A DNA stretch of 64,000 nucleotides from Macrostomum lignano (GCA_002269645.1 NIVC01001655.1:1-64000), one strand, 5' to 3'; counted from the first letter of the stretch, positions 30,945 through 45,264 are shown. Numbers and translations: made by a program. The notes: generated from the sequence alone by a model not told the origin.

Positions 30945-33768
30945 TACCCTAGTTGACAATGACTTGCCAAATCTTACAAAATCTGACTTACCAATTCCTT
31001 CAATAATTCCAAAGAAATTATAAGATCTTACTTAAGGTATCCTGTAAGATTTGACAAGAGTTGGGTAAGATCTGGCAAGAAATCGCAGGAAATTTTGCAT
31101 ATGTTTATCTATGCAGAATTCAATGGTCAGCATTTTTGGTTCTTTGATTCTCGAATATTAATAAAAGGAAAAAGAATATAAACAATTAATTGCTTAAAAA
31201 GCTTTATATTTGTGTTTATGTACAGCAATAAATAATTTAATATAAGGTTGGATTTATTAGAAAAAAGCATTTATTATTGTCATTTAATTATATTCAAGAC
31301 AGACTATAGGCATTAGAAAACCAAAAATCAACTTTGCAATTTATTTAGGACAGAAAAATTGGCACAAAGAAACATGCAAACAAAATTCATCTGCAAATGC
31401 AGTCACAACTAAACCAAAAAGCAAGGTCTTTTAAGCACTGCATAACAATTTAATAACAATTAAAAGATGTTTAACTCACTATTATACCAGTACTTCTATT
31501 TAACTATTTAGCACTAAAACCAACAGCAAAAATTGTTTTAATTGACGTCTTTATGAAGGAAACTTTTAAAATTCCTTCAAGTTTTACCTGCAATTAGTTA
31601 ATTAATCAATCAAAAAGTTAAAAGCAACTGTAATTTTTTACCTTACTTTTTTAATTTTGTGTCTTAAGTGCATTACATAAAAAACAAACAAATCCGAAAC
31701 TTTGAAGTTAAAGAAGAATTTTATAAAAACTGACACACCAAGTCAAGCACCATTCATAGTGCCATCTGCTGCGGCCATTGGCAGATTGGCCTGCTGACAC
31801 CTGTGCTTCTTGACACTTGTCCTGGCACAATATCTAGATGCTTGGTTGAGCAACAGCCAAGTAGCTCTCCAGTGTCTGTCCATAGCAAGCCCGAAAAGCA
31901 TCTTGAAATGAAAATAAAGTGGAGTATACATATACAATAATTGAAATAATGATAATGAAATACACTAGTACTTTTCAGAGAAATATGCACAATACTTACT
32001 CAAGTTGCAGGTAGGTTAAAATCAATATTTTGCATGATTTCTTGAAAGCATTTGTTTGCTTCTTTCTAAAATCTGATGATTTACCATATCAATCAAACTT
32101 GACAGCAGATTTGTTGGCTCTGTGGCTGCGGGTATAAAAGAATTAATGGCTTGGACACTGGACAATGCCTTTATACACTACACATTTGGTTTAAAATATC
32201 TGTCCCAATGATTAAAAAGCATAAAGGTTTTGCCTTAATGTTTTTAAATATGCAAATTATACTTCACTGCTATATTTATAGCCTAAATACTTTTAAAAAA
32301 TTAGGTCTAGGTCAAAATTAGAAAAAAAATGTGAAAACCAAACTAGGATAGAATGACAATGGAAGGGCAACATGGCTTAGTGATACATGTAGGGTGTAAA
32401 ACCAAGTCCAAGATGGCTACAGCATAGAATTTTTTAATCTCTGTATTATCAACTTTTTAATATTAATTCATAACTTAGGCCCCCCCCCTAGTGCCATCAA
32501 TATGTAAATTATGAAGTTTAATTATAATTGAATATATAAATATCATGCAATAACAGATTTTTAGACTTTATTCACAATACAAAATTGTTTTTTCAAGTTT
32601 TTGTTTGGTTAGGCCTAATCTAATTCCATTTTATATATATATATATGCCCTAGTACTTATCTCCCTTACTTATCTCCATTATACTAATAATAGGAAATGA
32701 GGAAATATATAGACCTAGGCCTATGATCTATTTAGATATTTAGAGCTGTGGCCATCTTCATCATATGCCTAGGGCTTGGCTTAGGCTAGGTAGGCTAGGG
32801 CTAGGCCAATGCTTATCATCATTTTTTCTCTAATTAACAATGTAGAGCTCCATACTTACAAAATCTCAACGCAGGCCTGCTTCTAAAGAACATGATGAAA
32901 ATCGAGTGTCTGTTAGCTTGAAGATTTGTAAAAAATTCTTAGTACTGCTACCACAGCACAGAATGCAGTACAAAGACACAAAGACTTTAGCTTCATTTCC
33001 TGGACTCGGGCCATTAATGGCTGCTCTTGTCACTTGCATTGCAAATAAAGTATTTACTGAAAAATTAAAATAGAAAGTAGCAAAAAACTTTTCATAGGCT
33101 TAGGCCTACAAATTAGCAGACGCGTTGGTAAATTTGTAAGCCTAGATGAATATCCGATAAATCGATCTACGAAAGTAAATACAGCAGAAGCTTATTTAAA
33201 AGAAAACATAGTTAAAACAAACAGGGCACATTTTTTATTTATAAACTTGCCCATTTGCCCATTTAGATAAGTAAATACAACTATTATATATTACTTAAGT
33301 GTACAAATACGTTTTTATAGTTTCTTATACATTTAGCAAATATTTTACGACAGTGTAAAAATGACTACATATGTGTACACATGTACATAGAAATATCAGT
33401 TTAAGATTACTAAACTGTAAAAATGAAACACATCATGCTGAAATTTTATATGTAATACAATTCTGCTGTGCAGTACTCCTTTTACCTATTATAAATTTTC
33501 CCTTCGATACATATGCAATCGCAACTTGCATTATCACCTTGCGAAATCTGTTAGATCAACTAAACTGTGAATTAGTGAATTAAATTATCACATTATAAAA
33601 GCTTTTTCGACTTTTAAAGCAGGAAAATATTGTTTGCATACAAAACATACTAATCATAGATTTTTATCTGTCACTTACATTTTCTGAACAGATCTGAGAA
33701 GATTTAATAAGACTATTCAAGAGAAATCAGATCTGACAAGTCAGTTTGTAAGATTGTCAACTAGGGTA
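30945..33768. mobile_element. Non-autonomous TIR DNA transposon (2.8 kb) in a pseudogene intron
   Basis: Perfect inverted termini TACCCTAGTTGACAAT (30945-30960) and ATTGTCAACTAGGGTA (33753-33768), plus related subterminal sequence; AT-rich interior with no transposase recognised. Confidence 0.7.
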
Positions 33769-35432
33769 ATACTTATAATGCTAAGTTTCGCAAAAACACA
33801 TTGTAACGTATTTAACTCCTTTGTTATATTGCTTTTCGATACATATCGGCTAGATATAACAAACTGTTTTTTTGTAAATAATGTAGATAAGACTACATCT
33901 AGCTTACGATTGAGGCAGGCTTCAATAGCAAATATTTTTCCTTCTCACAGTTTTATTATAAAGCTCAGTCTAAATCTTAAAAAAAACGTTTCCCTGCACT
34001 ACTAAGTAAACATCGATACACATGTATCTGCAGTATTGTAATTTTCTACTCTGTTTTCTGCACATCAAACCCACATATGTACGAGACGTATAAACTATGT
34101 ATGTATATCATTCGAAAATTTTGAAATTGACAAGTGACAAAACATTTTAAATTACTTTTAACAAAGATTTAATGCATTAAAGACAGTTTAACACAAATTC
34201 ATCTTCCTGTACAAAATATCTAAGATATTATTTCTAAATGGAGCTGTAGCTAAAGTGTAGCTGCATATGCAAAACGATACTTAACTCACATACATACTAT
34301 AGATCTATGGAATCTTATTTACGTATCAAACCTATGAGATTAATAAATCTCATTGTATATTTCGCTGCTTGATTATATTGTTTTCGATACATATCGGCAA
34401 AACATTATACATTCTAAAAGAACCTGTCACGCTAATTCTATTCAGTGCCAACTATGTGGCTACACCGGTTCAGTCTGTGATCCGAAGCCGGCTCTGAAGA
34501 ATCAGCGCAACTTCACGGAGGAGCAGTTCCGAGCTTCTGACGGCGTGACCGGCCTGCAGATGGCCTGAGCCAGAAGCAATCAGCCAGTCAGAGCGGAATG
34601 AGCTTTGGTGCCGCGAGGCACATCGTTGACTCGCATTGATCATCTGGCTAAACAGGGAGAATTACTGAACTGAAGTTCGTGTACCGATTTTTCCGAAGTA
34701 AAAGCATCTGTGATGTTGAATAGATGCAGGTGCATGTACATGTACCTGCTGTACCTGCTTAGCTGCGCCAGTGTTTTATTTCTAGTTTTATATGAAAATA
34801 CGATAGATTAGAAAAATAGATACATGATGGAGTGGCGCACACAGGCATTGAAGTCGATAAAAAAACTCAAACTGACTGGTGCCCTCGAACCCCGGACCTC
34901 TTTCTCCCTATCCTCGATCGGGACTCGAACTTCTGGCCCATAGTTGAGCAAAGTTGGTCGGGCGGAGCTAAAGAAGCATTGCGAAGTCATAATTGGTCCT
35001 GTCAATCTTTTTGCGATGCCAGATAAGTCTTAAATATAGATATAAAGTCGAAACAATCATTCTGAGTTTTGTTTTATTTTTTTTATTTAGCATGACTAAA
35101 CTTGTCCATAGATTTAGGTAAAAAAGATAAGCGTTAAGTTGATTACATCAAAGAGAATATACGGTTAACAATTTTGAGTAGCTAGCATGCTTTACTATTA
35201 AAAGGAGTACGATTATACTAAGAATATGGGAGTAACATTTTGCAGGAAATAATTTATACTTCTTACGGTAGCTATAACTTTTTATGCTTTAATTAAAAGA
35301 GAGGTTAAAACAGAGAAAAAGCTTTTATAGTATCTTTTAAAATCAGAAGAAGTTATTCAATAGCAAGTTTGTTTCATGGTCTTCTTCTCCCGCAGCGGAC
35401 TCTGCCGCGGCAGTTCTCGGTGGCTGCGGCCG

Positions 35433-35762
35433 TCACTGCTTGCACACAGCGGCCAGCAGGGCCAGAGCCGCGGTCAGAAGGAGGCCGCTGGGACCGAACT
35501 GCCTCGGCGAGGAGTTGCACAGGTCGGTGTTGCAGCACCAGGTGTTGCTGGATTCCACGCAGGCAGAGGCAGCCGAGCGGCCGATGACGCCAGCCACATC
35601 AGCCTTGACGCAGTAGGTGCCGCTGGCTTTATCGGTGCTGCTGGACACGGTGCTGCAGGCGGCGCAGAAGTAGCAGTTGACGGCGTCGGCCGGGGCGGGC
35701 AGAAGGCAGACGGCGACCAGGAGGCCGAGAGTGGCCAGACGGAGCACTTGCTGACGCTGCAT
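35433..35762 (-). CDS. Ly6/uPAR (three-finger) GPI-anchor-type small protein, copy 1
   Basis: 109 aa: signal peptide, CxxCxxC..YCVK..C..CCNTDLCN, hydrophobic C-terminal GPI-like tail; intronless. Confidence 0.85.
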   Translation of the reverse strand: MQRQQVLRLATLGLLVAVCLLPAPADAVNCYFCAACSTVSSSTDKASGTYCVKADVAGVIGRSAASACVESSNTWCCNTDLCNSSPRQFGPSGLLLTAALALLAAVCKQ

Positions 35763-35858
35763 GCTGATGGCAGGTGATGCGTTGCTGAAACTGGGGGCTG
35801 CTTGAGGCGGTGCGTTGAGTCTGAGCTGGTTGAGGCCGCTCCGCTCCGGCGCTCCGAC

Positions 35859-35865
35859 TTAAATA
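35859..35865 (-). promoter_or_regulatory. TATA-like box of Ly6 copy 1
   Basis: TATTTAA ~100 bp upstream of the ATG, conserved at 54641-54647 for copy 2. Copies 3 and 4 have TATATAA (60916-60922) and TATATA (63679-63684). Confidence 0.5.
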
Positions 35866-36033
35866 GACGCGAGCGGCGCCACCCCACGCAGCCCTCCGCC
35901 CCAAGCCCCGTTGCTAGGCCAAGAACTCTTGCTATATAGAAGTCTGGAGTAGTGAAGTCTCCAATAGTCCAATCAATATCGTATTGCATACAATTACAAC
36001 ATCATAGCTGGTACACACACACATAAATATATA

Positions 36034-37678
36034 CAGCGGCGCACAATGAATTAAGACCACCTAACATAAATTTGAACGTTAAATTTCATACCCTGCACAG
36101 ATTGCGGGAGCATTTTAATCTAATCAGTTATAAATAATAACCCTGGTATTAATCAGTTAAATAAATGATGTGTTGGGTAATTATTTACAATTGAGTGTTT
36201 GATTGGAGTCCCTTCTCTCACTTTCGAATTTGATAAGTCACAGAGTGATAAGACCAGTTAATTAATTGGGCTAAAAGGTGCCTTAACAGTGGCACTGCTG
36301 ATTCTGCAAGGCCAAAACATCTAATTCAATACTACTCCAAGCCAAAATTATCTCTAACTCTCCAAGAATAGGGAAAGGCAGAGCTCTATCGCCTGAGTCG
36401 TGTAGGAAAATCAGGGCCCCGTTCGACCAAAGGAGTTTCCCAGCGTACCAAAGCCACGCGTCCAGCAAGCACACAGGCGCCTCAGCAGCACTGACAGCAC
36501 AGGCTGTGCCATAAGACCTGGCAGGGCACCGAAAACTGACCTCCGACTGGATCGACAAATTGTGCAAATGTCCGAGTCCAACCGTCGGCTCACCACTGTG
36601 GACATCAGCCGTGAACTTCTGGTGTCCAGTGGTGTCCAGCTGCAGCCCATGACTGTCCGCCGCCGTCTGGTAGCTGCTGGACTGCATGGCCGCATTGCTA
36701 GGAAGAAGCAACTTATCTCCGACAAGACCGGAAGCGGCGCTTGAACTGGGCGAAGCAGCATGCAAGCTGGACACCCCAGGACTTGGCCGAAATCATCTGG
36801 AGTGACGCGAGCAAATCTTCCCGCACTGGTTCTGATGGCCGCTGGTATGTGCGCCGCCGAGCTGGTGAGGAATTCGATACCAGGTGCCCGTTGGTACCAT
36901 GAAGCATGGAGGTGGCAATGTCATGGTGTGGGCTGCATTCTCCAGAGCTCGACCTGGGCCAATAACTTGCATTGAGGGCATTTTGGACAGTCAGAAGTAC
37001 TGACATCCTCAGCAGCTACCTACCAGAGGCAGCAGATGCGCTGCCACTGGGTGCAGTGAACAGCTGCCAGTTTCAGCAGGACAACGATCCCGAAGCACAT
37101 CTCCAAGGTTGTGAAGGCATGGCTTGCTGAGAACAACATCCGCACCATGGACTGGCCCCAGCGCAGTCACCGGATCTCAATCCAATTGGGTCGAATTGGG
37201 TCCAATTGGGAACTGGGTCGAGCGGGACATCCAGATGCAGCAGCCAGCTTCCCTTGATCAGCTGTACCGTATTATGGAGGACTCGTGGGCTGCCATCCCC
37301 GGCAGAAGTGTGCCAGAAACTGGTGTACAGCATGCCTAGGCGGTGCAATGCTGTGATTAAGTCAAAAGGCCATGCTACAAAGTATTGGAGTACGAGCTAG
37401 TTTTTGGATATCAGTGGCATTTGCTGCTTTACTTATTTCCCTAGTATTTATATATGGTCTTATTTCAATGTTAAAACCTAAAACTGTACTTCCCCCAATC
37501 AAATATCAGCTTTTTGAACTAAAAATTGCTGGAAAGGGAACCAAAACATCATACAAATAACATAAAGTAGCTATTATTCCTTACAAGTTTTACTTCCAAT
37601 TTAGAACTTCAAATTAGCTTGAAGACACGTATGCCAAAAATTAAATTATTTAACTTAGTGATCTTAATTCATTGTGCG
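36034..37678 (+). mobile_element. Decayed Tc1/mariner transposon
   Basis: TIR TA|CAGCGGCGCACAATGAATTAAGACCAC versus GTGATCTTAATTCATTGTGCG|TA (terminal 6 bp missing). Frameshifted transposase: TVRRRLVAAGLHGRIARKK, IWSD, KHGGGNVMVW, QQDND, NPIGN, SMPRRCNAVIKSKG. Confidence 0.9.
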
Positions 37679-38354
37679 TAAAAAGTCGACTCTGATTTGC
37701 AATACAATTTTACAACTACCAAGTTGCATATTGTGACAAACGTATCCTTGCGAGCACAGCTGCTGCTTCCAGACCAGCATTAAGATCTCCTTTTCCTCTC
37801 TCATCTCCCCTTAATCCCCGTGAGTTCTCCTATGCGTTGTCATGACGACTTAACAACCAATCCACTTTCCCTATGCCTAACTCTTGCCACTGTTAAATGG
37901 TCTCTTTGCCTGCTGTCTCACAGAAGCAGCCCCACCCCATGGGCCATCATAGCAGGACTTTGTTTCCTGCACACGTAATTGCCAAGAAATTCTCTTCTTG
38001 TTTCTCCGCCTCCTACTTCAGTCATATTCCCGCAGCCAACTGCATGCCCCCCCCCTACCCTTCTACGTTTCATTTTCATTCTATCAAGGATTTCTATGAG
38101 ATTTGCCACAATAATTCTGAATACATCTTCTACACCAGTTTTCAGTCTATTCCAACAGTTTTGACAAGCCCTATTCAGTCATAAAATCAAAATTCAGTCT
38201 TCGATCTTTTCTTTTTTTATTCTATCTTTGTTTGGCCTGTTGAACAGGTAAAATTATGTATGTTCAGATGTCTAAAGTGCATATCGGATTTGCTGAATTA
38301 GACTGGAAAAACATGTACTAAAAAGCTTTCTGCTGTTCATTTGTCTGCGAGCTA

Positions 38355-38470
38355 CATTTACTACTCTACTTTACTCTCTACTCTACTCTACTCTACTCGA
38401 CTCTACTGTACTCTACTCTACTCTACCATACTATACTCTACTCTACTCCACTCTACTCTACTCTACTCAC
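38355..38470. repeat. (CTACT)n pentanucleotide repeat
   Basis: Directly visible. Confidence 0.9.
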
Positions 38471-38939
38471 ACAGTCCGCCATTGGCAATGCAAATGGGAA
38501 ATATACATATTCGCAGAGTGCGCAAAGGAACTGGGAGCTAAAAATACGCTGGAGTCACACAGAAACGCCCCAGCTAGTTCTCAGTACAGCAGTGTACGAG
38601 ATTGATGGCCAGCGTCTGCAGTTGTCCTATTGATTCCGATTGATACTCGCACTCTGGCTAAATGTATGGAGCAGCAAATGCGCACAGGCTGCTGGGTTGT
38701 CCTAGAAACAGGGGAGGGGACTCGGACAATGAGAGTTGCGGTCTCTAAATTGCCTGCCAACCTCCAGTGTCCCCGGTAGAGCTTGAACTGTATGAGATTG
38801 GAATAGGTGAACGCTACAGTGCATTGCAGTTCACTTATTAATTGTAGACGCTCACTTCTTTCTTAAAGGCTTGGCTAAGAATTATAATCTCCGATAAGCA
38901 CTCAACCTACCTGGGCTTACTAACCTTTATAACACAGCC

Positions 38940-41900
38940 TACTCTATCTACCACACCTACTATCTACCACACTTACCCTATCTACCACATTTACCAGTCT
39001 ACTACACTTGCTCGATCTACCACACTTGCCCTATCTACCACACTTACCCTATCTACCACATTTACCCTCTACCACAACCTTACCCTATCTACCACACCTA
39101 CTATCTACCACACTTACCCAATCTTCCGCACTTGCCCTATCTACCACACTTACCCTATCTACCACACTTACCCTATCTACCACACTTGCCCTATCTACCA
39201 CACTTACCCTATCTACCACACTTACCCTATCTACCACACTTACCCTATCTACCGCACTTGCCCTATACCACAACCTACCCTATGTACCACATTTATTCTA
39301 CCTACCATACTTACCCTAGCTGTCACAACCTACCTATAGCCGACCCTATCTACCTCACTTACAAGCCTACCACATCCTACCCTACCCACCAAGTCCTACT
39401 TTACCTACCACATCCTACCCTATCTACCACAGTCCAAGTACGTTGAGTACACCGCTAAACTCTAGTTCCCACCTACTCAGGAAGTGCTCTAGCTGTGACT
39501 AAGTGTCATTGTATCTTTTTTTGTATTCCCCTAACCCACTTGAGCCCATGCAACTCATTGTCAAGTTTCTCTGTTCCACCTGGGACTAGGGAGAACAGTG
39601 ACGTGTGCCAGCCTGCATGTCTGCCTGTCTTTAGGGCTGAATAGGCCCCAGAAAATTTCCCAGTCTTCTGCACTGCCGCTGCTCATCAATACAAAAAAAT
39701 ACTTGCAACGAAACTGCAGGGTGGTCGCCTAAGCAGAGATAGGGTCTGCTGTGCTGTGCATAAAGCTATTGTCTCTGCTCTGCTTAGAACTACACAACTT
39801 ACCTGGGCCTACTACCCTGTCTACCACAGCCTAACCTGTCTACCGAAGCTTACCCTGTCTACCACAGCTTCTACATCAGCCTAAAATAATTACCACAAGC
39901 CTACAGTATCTACTACAGCCTCCTCTTTTACGATAAGCCTACACAATCTAGATAGGTAGATAGATAGGGAAGGCTGTAGTAGATATGATGGGCTTTTGGT
40001 AGATGAGGTAGGCTTTGGTAATAGGGTAGGCTTGTGGTACATAGGATAGGGTGTGGTAGATAGGGTAGGCTGTGGAAGATAGGGTAGGCTGTGGTAGATA
40101 GGGTAGGCCGTGGTAGATAGGGTAGGCTGTGGTAGATAGGGTAGGCTGTGGTAGATATGGTAGGCTGTGGTAGATAGGCACTTGAAACAGTTTCGTAAAG
40201 CGCGGCCACTGCTGGCCTCTAGCCCATCTCCCGTTTTTGTTTCCATGACAACGCAGCAGTCTCTTCCCGGGCATTCCGCATTCACTGCCTCACTAGACTA
40301 GATGCGTATAGAGTTAGGGTAGGCAGTCCCCGCTCACCATTCTCACCTATTCCCGTGTATAGTGAAACGAAGCCAGAAGAAAGAAAGCATCCAATGTTTT
40401 CAGCACTAAATTTACAATATCTCACCTTCTGGACATCTAAGTGAAGCAAATGTTTTGTCCCAAGGTGCGCTCACAAGTTCATGAACTCAAAATACAGTTG
40501 AATTTCGCTTTCTAGTTCGGTTTCTGAGGGCTTCCGCCAAGGACAAATTCGGCCGAGAAAAAGCCCGACTGTCGTAGTCTGTGATAGATAGGGTAGGCTG
40601 TGATAGATAGGGTAGGCTGTGGTAGACAGGGTAGGCTGTGGTAGATAGGGTAGGCTGTGGTAGATAGGGTAGGCTGTGGTAGACAGGGTAGGCTGTGGTA
40701 GATAGGGTAGGCTGTGGTAGACAGGGCAGTCTGTGATAGATAGGGTAGGCTGTGGTAGATAGGGTAGGCTGTGGTAGATAGGGTAGGCTGTGGTAGACAG
40801 GGTAGGCTGTGGTAGATAGGGTAGGCTGTGGTAGATAGGGTAGGCTGTGGTAGATAGGGTAGGCTGTGGTAGACAGGGTAGGCTGTGGTAGATAGGGTAG
40901 GCTGTGGTAGATAGGATAGGCTGTGGTAGGTAGGGTAGGCTGTGATAGATAGGGTAGGCTGTGATAGATAGGGTAGGCTGTGGTAGATAGGATAGGCTGT
41001 GGTAGGTAGGGTAGGCTGTGGTAGATAGGATAGGCTGTGGTAGATAGGGTAGGCTGTGGTAGATAGGATAGGCTGTGGTAGGTAGGGTAGGCTGTGATAG
41101 ATAGGGTAGGCTGTGATAGATAGGGTAGGCTGTGGTAGATAGGATAGGCTGTGGTAGGTAGGGTAGGCTGTGGTAGATACAGTAGGCGGTGGTAGGTAGG
41201 GTAGGCTGTGGTAGATAGGGTAGGTTGTGGTAGATAGGATAGGCTGTGGTAGATAGGATAGGCTGTGGTAGATAGGATAGGCTGTGGTAGATAGGGTAGG
41301 CTGTGGTAGATAGAATAGGCTGTGGTAGATAGGGTAGGCTGTGGTAGATAGGGTAGTCTGTGATAGATAGGATAGGCTGTGGTAGATAGGATAGGCTGAG
41401 GTAGACAGGGCAGTCTGTGATAGATAGGGTAGGCTGTGGTAGATAGGGCAGTCTGTGATAGATAGGGTAGTCTGTGATAGATAGGATAGGCTGTGGTAGA
41501 TAGGGTAGGCTGTGGTAGATAGGATAGGCTGTGGTAGATAGGATAGGCTGTGGTAGACAGGGTAGGCTGTGGTAGATAGGGTAGGCTGTGGTAGATAGGA
41601 TAGGCTGTGGTAGACAGGGTAGGCTGTGGTAGGTAGGGTAGGCTGTGGTAGATAGGGTAGTCTGTGGTAGATAGGGCAGTCTGTGATAGATAGGGTAGTC
41701 TGTGATAGATAGGATAGGCTGTGGTAGACAGGGTAGGCTGTGGTAGGTAGGGTAGGCTGTGGTAGATAGGGTAGTCTGTGGTAGATAGGGCAGTCTGTGA
41801 TAGATAGGGTAGTCTGTGATAGATAGGATAGGCTGTGGTAGACAGGGTAGTCTGTGGTAGATAGGGTATGCTGTGGTAGGTAGGGTAGTCTGTGATAGAT

Positions 41901-42775
41901 AGGGTAGTCTGTGATAGATAGGATATGCTGTGGTAGACAGGGTAGTCTGTGGTAGATAGGGTAGGCTGTGGTAGGTAGGGTAGTCTGTGATAGATAGGAT
42001 AGGCTGTGGTAGACAGGGTAGGCTGTGGTAGGTAGGGTAGGCTGTGGTAGATAGGGTAGTCTGTGGTAGATAGGGCAGTCTGTGATAGATAGGGTAGTCT
42101 GTGATAGATAGGATAGGCTGTGGTAGACAGGGTAGTCTGTGGTAGATAGGGTAGGCTGTGGTAGGTAGGGTAGTCTGTGATAGATAGGATAGGCTGTGGT
42201 AGACAGGGTAGGCTGTGGTAGGTAGGGTAGGCTGTGGTAGATAGGGTAGTCTGTGGTAGATAGGGCAGTCTGTGATAGATAGGGTAGTCTGTGATAGATA
42301 GGGCAGTCGGTGGTAGATAGAGTAGGCTGTGGTAAATAGGGTAGGCTGTGGTAGATAAGGTAGGCTGTGGTAGGTAGGGTAGGCTGCTGTAGTAGGTAGG
42401 GTAGTCTTTGGTAGATAGGGTAGTCTGTGGTAGATAGAGTAGGCTGTGGTAAATAGGGTAGTCTGTGGTAGATAGGGTAGGCTGTGGTAAATAGGGTAGG
42501 CTGTGGTAGATAGGGTAGGCTGTGGTAGATAGGGTAGGCTATGGTAGATAGGATAGTCTTTGGTAGATAGGGTAGGCCGTGGTAGGTAGGGTAGACTGTG
42601 GTAGATAGGGTAGGCTGTGGTAGATAGGATAGTCTTTGGTAGATAGGGTAGGCTGTGGTAGGTAGGGTAGGCTGTGGTAGATAGGGTAGGCTGTGGTAGA
42701 TAGGATAGTCTTTGGTAGATAGGGTAGGCTGTGGTAGATAGGATAGTCTTTGGTAGATAGGGTAGGCTGTGGTAG
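38940..42775. repeat. ~20-bp satellite family (CTATCTACCACAGCCTACC / GTGGTAGATAGGGTAGGCT) in both orientations
   Basis: Forward blocks 38940-39430 and 39795-39920; reverse blocks ~39950-40176 and 40580-42775. Explains the 846-aa and 795-aa spurious ORFs. Confidence 0.93.
40177..40434. repeat. Dispersed ~260-bp repeat, copy 1 (copy 2 at 44958-45207)
   Basis: Shared blocks GGCACTTGAAACAGTT, GTTTTTGTTTCCATGACAACGCAGC, CCGCATTCACTGC.TCACTAGACTA, TTTTCAGCACTAAATT.ACAATATCTCAC.TTCTGGAC. Confidence 0.8.
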
Positions 42776-42779
42776 ATCG

Positions 42780-43200
42780 ATGACTGATCGAGCTGATTCC
42801 CTTCACAGAGACAGACAAGCAGGCACCCAGAACTGTCTGCAATCTCTTGTCGCGGTTCCGTGCCCCTCTCGCAGGCTCGGGAACGTCCTTCTGAAGCAAA
42901 ATCGGATATTCGAGAGCTTGTCATGACCTCTAATTGCCACGGCTTCCTCGCCAGACACTTCCTACGAGTCGACCTCGAGAGTGAACTTTGCCCTTTTTGC
43001 GAACACGGCAAGGAAGATGCTCAGCACTTTGTTTGTCACTGGCCTTTCTTCACCAGAGACCGGCTACGCTACCTCGGGCCAAAACCGTCAATTAACGAGG
43101 TATGCCAGCCCGGCAGCATCACACGGCTCATCCAGTTCCTTCGGACGACAAGACGATCACCCTGCAGGACGGACTGGCGGACCACCTTGAATCTACCACA
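42780..43200 (+). mobile_element. 3' fragment of a non-LTR retrotransposon ORF2 (C-terminal CCHC-like motif)
   Basis: HGFLARHF..CPFCEHGKEDAQHFVCHWP..RLRYLG resembles R1/I/LOA-type LINE C-termini. Confidence 0.65.
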
Positions 43201-43851
43201 GCTCACCCAATCTGAACCCAAGTGCTCATTCAAGAAGAAACCTATCAGACAGGAAAGGTCTTAAAGAACCGTCACAGAATTTAAGTTCTTGAAAAATGAA
43301 TTCACCCCAGCATCTTTCGGTTCGATATCAGAATGCCCTGAGCTCAGAGGATGCAAAAGTTTTCTCTGGCAACACCTATGAGCTATCTATGAGCTACCAT
43401 GCATATTGCTTCCCATTTACCACTGGGGCTACAACCCCATGCTCTCCCTCAGACCCTAACGCCACTCATCCATTGTTTTAAGCTACGGGATCGAAGCATG
43501 CAGCTTCAGTCTACCCTCTCTTTCCCTACGGGTACCGTGGAGAATGAACTCATCTATTTAGGAAAAGGGAAAGCAACAGGAGTGACGCATAGAAGCGCGA
43601 TGATTCCTGCAGTGAACGCGGTCGGGTGGTCTGTGAGCGAGCGCTGAGGAGAGGAAGAGCCTAGACAGGAGTGGACGGTGAACACAAAAAATTTGAAAAC
43701 CTTCGGTAGGGCTGCCGGGTCGCTATAGAAACGTAGGCTTGAGGCCCGGGAGCGGCTGTCTAAAAATTCATACTTGCAGAAACTGGGCGGACGCTGCCCG
43801 CTTAATTTGAATTTAAAGCACTTTGAGTCATTTAAACCACGCTTTTATATT

Positions 43852-44892
<1,041 letters not shown>

Positions 44893-44957
44893 TAAAACAC
44901 TGAGTATGTGAGGAAAAGATGCGGTTGAGAGCGCCATAGCAAAATAGTCCACTGTAA

Positions 44958-45207
44958 GGCACTTGAAACAGTTCCGTGAAGCACCGGTGCTGGCCTCCAG
45001 CCCACCTTCAGTTTTTGTTTCCATGACAACGCAGCCTCTCCGCATTCACTGCTTCACTAGACTAACCGCATGGCATTGTAGAGTTAGGATAGGCAGTCAC
45101 TGCTCACCATTTCCACCTGCTCCAGCGTACAATAGAATGTAGCAGAATATAGGAAGTGCTCATTCTTTTCAGCACTAAATTGACAATATCTCACGTTCTG
45201 GACTTCC
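44958..45207. repeat. Dispersed ~260-bp repeat, copy 2
   Basis: Direct-orientation homologue of 40177-40434. Confidence 0.8.
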
Positions 45208-45264
45208 GACTGTGCATAAAGATAAGAGTAGTTTGTCGTAGTTTGACAGGAACAGAAACAACTG

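Larger units (their letters stand above)
29446..34639 (+). pseudogene. Calponin/transgelin/myophilin-family pseudogene
   Basis: CH-domain and calponin-repeat pieces in order: YDTQAEAE..VVAWIN / LQAALKDGSVLVQLVN (29470-29640), NLTDEAKKLQRRISFTKMSSPLKQIENIG (30633-30716), FGVRKSSLFQTVYL*EGRNMSQVLTTLLQLG (~30820-30920), KNQRNFTEEQFRASDGVTGLQM..ASQSGMSFGAARHI (34445-34639). Nonsense changes, frameshifts and an exonic LINE insertion. Confidence 0.85.
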
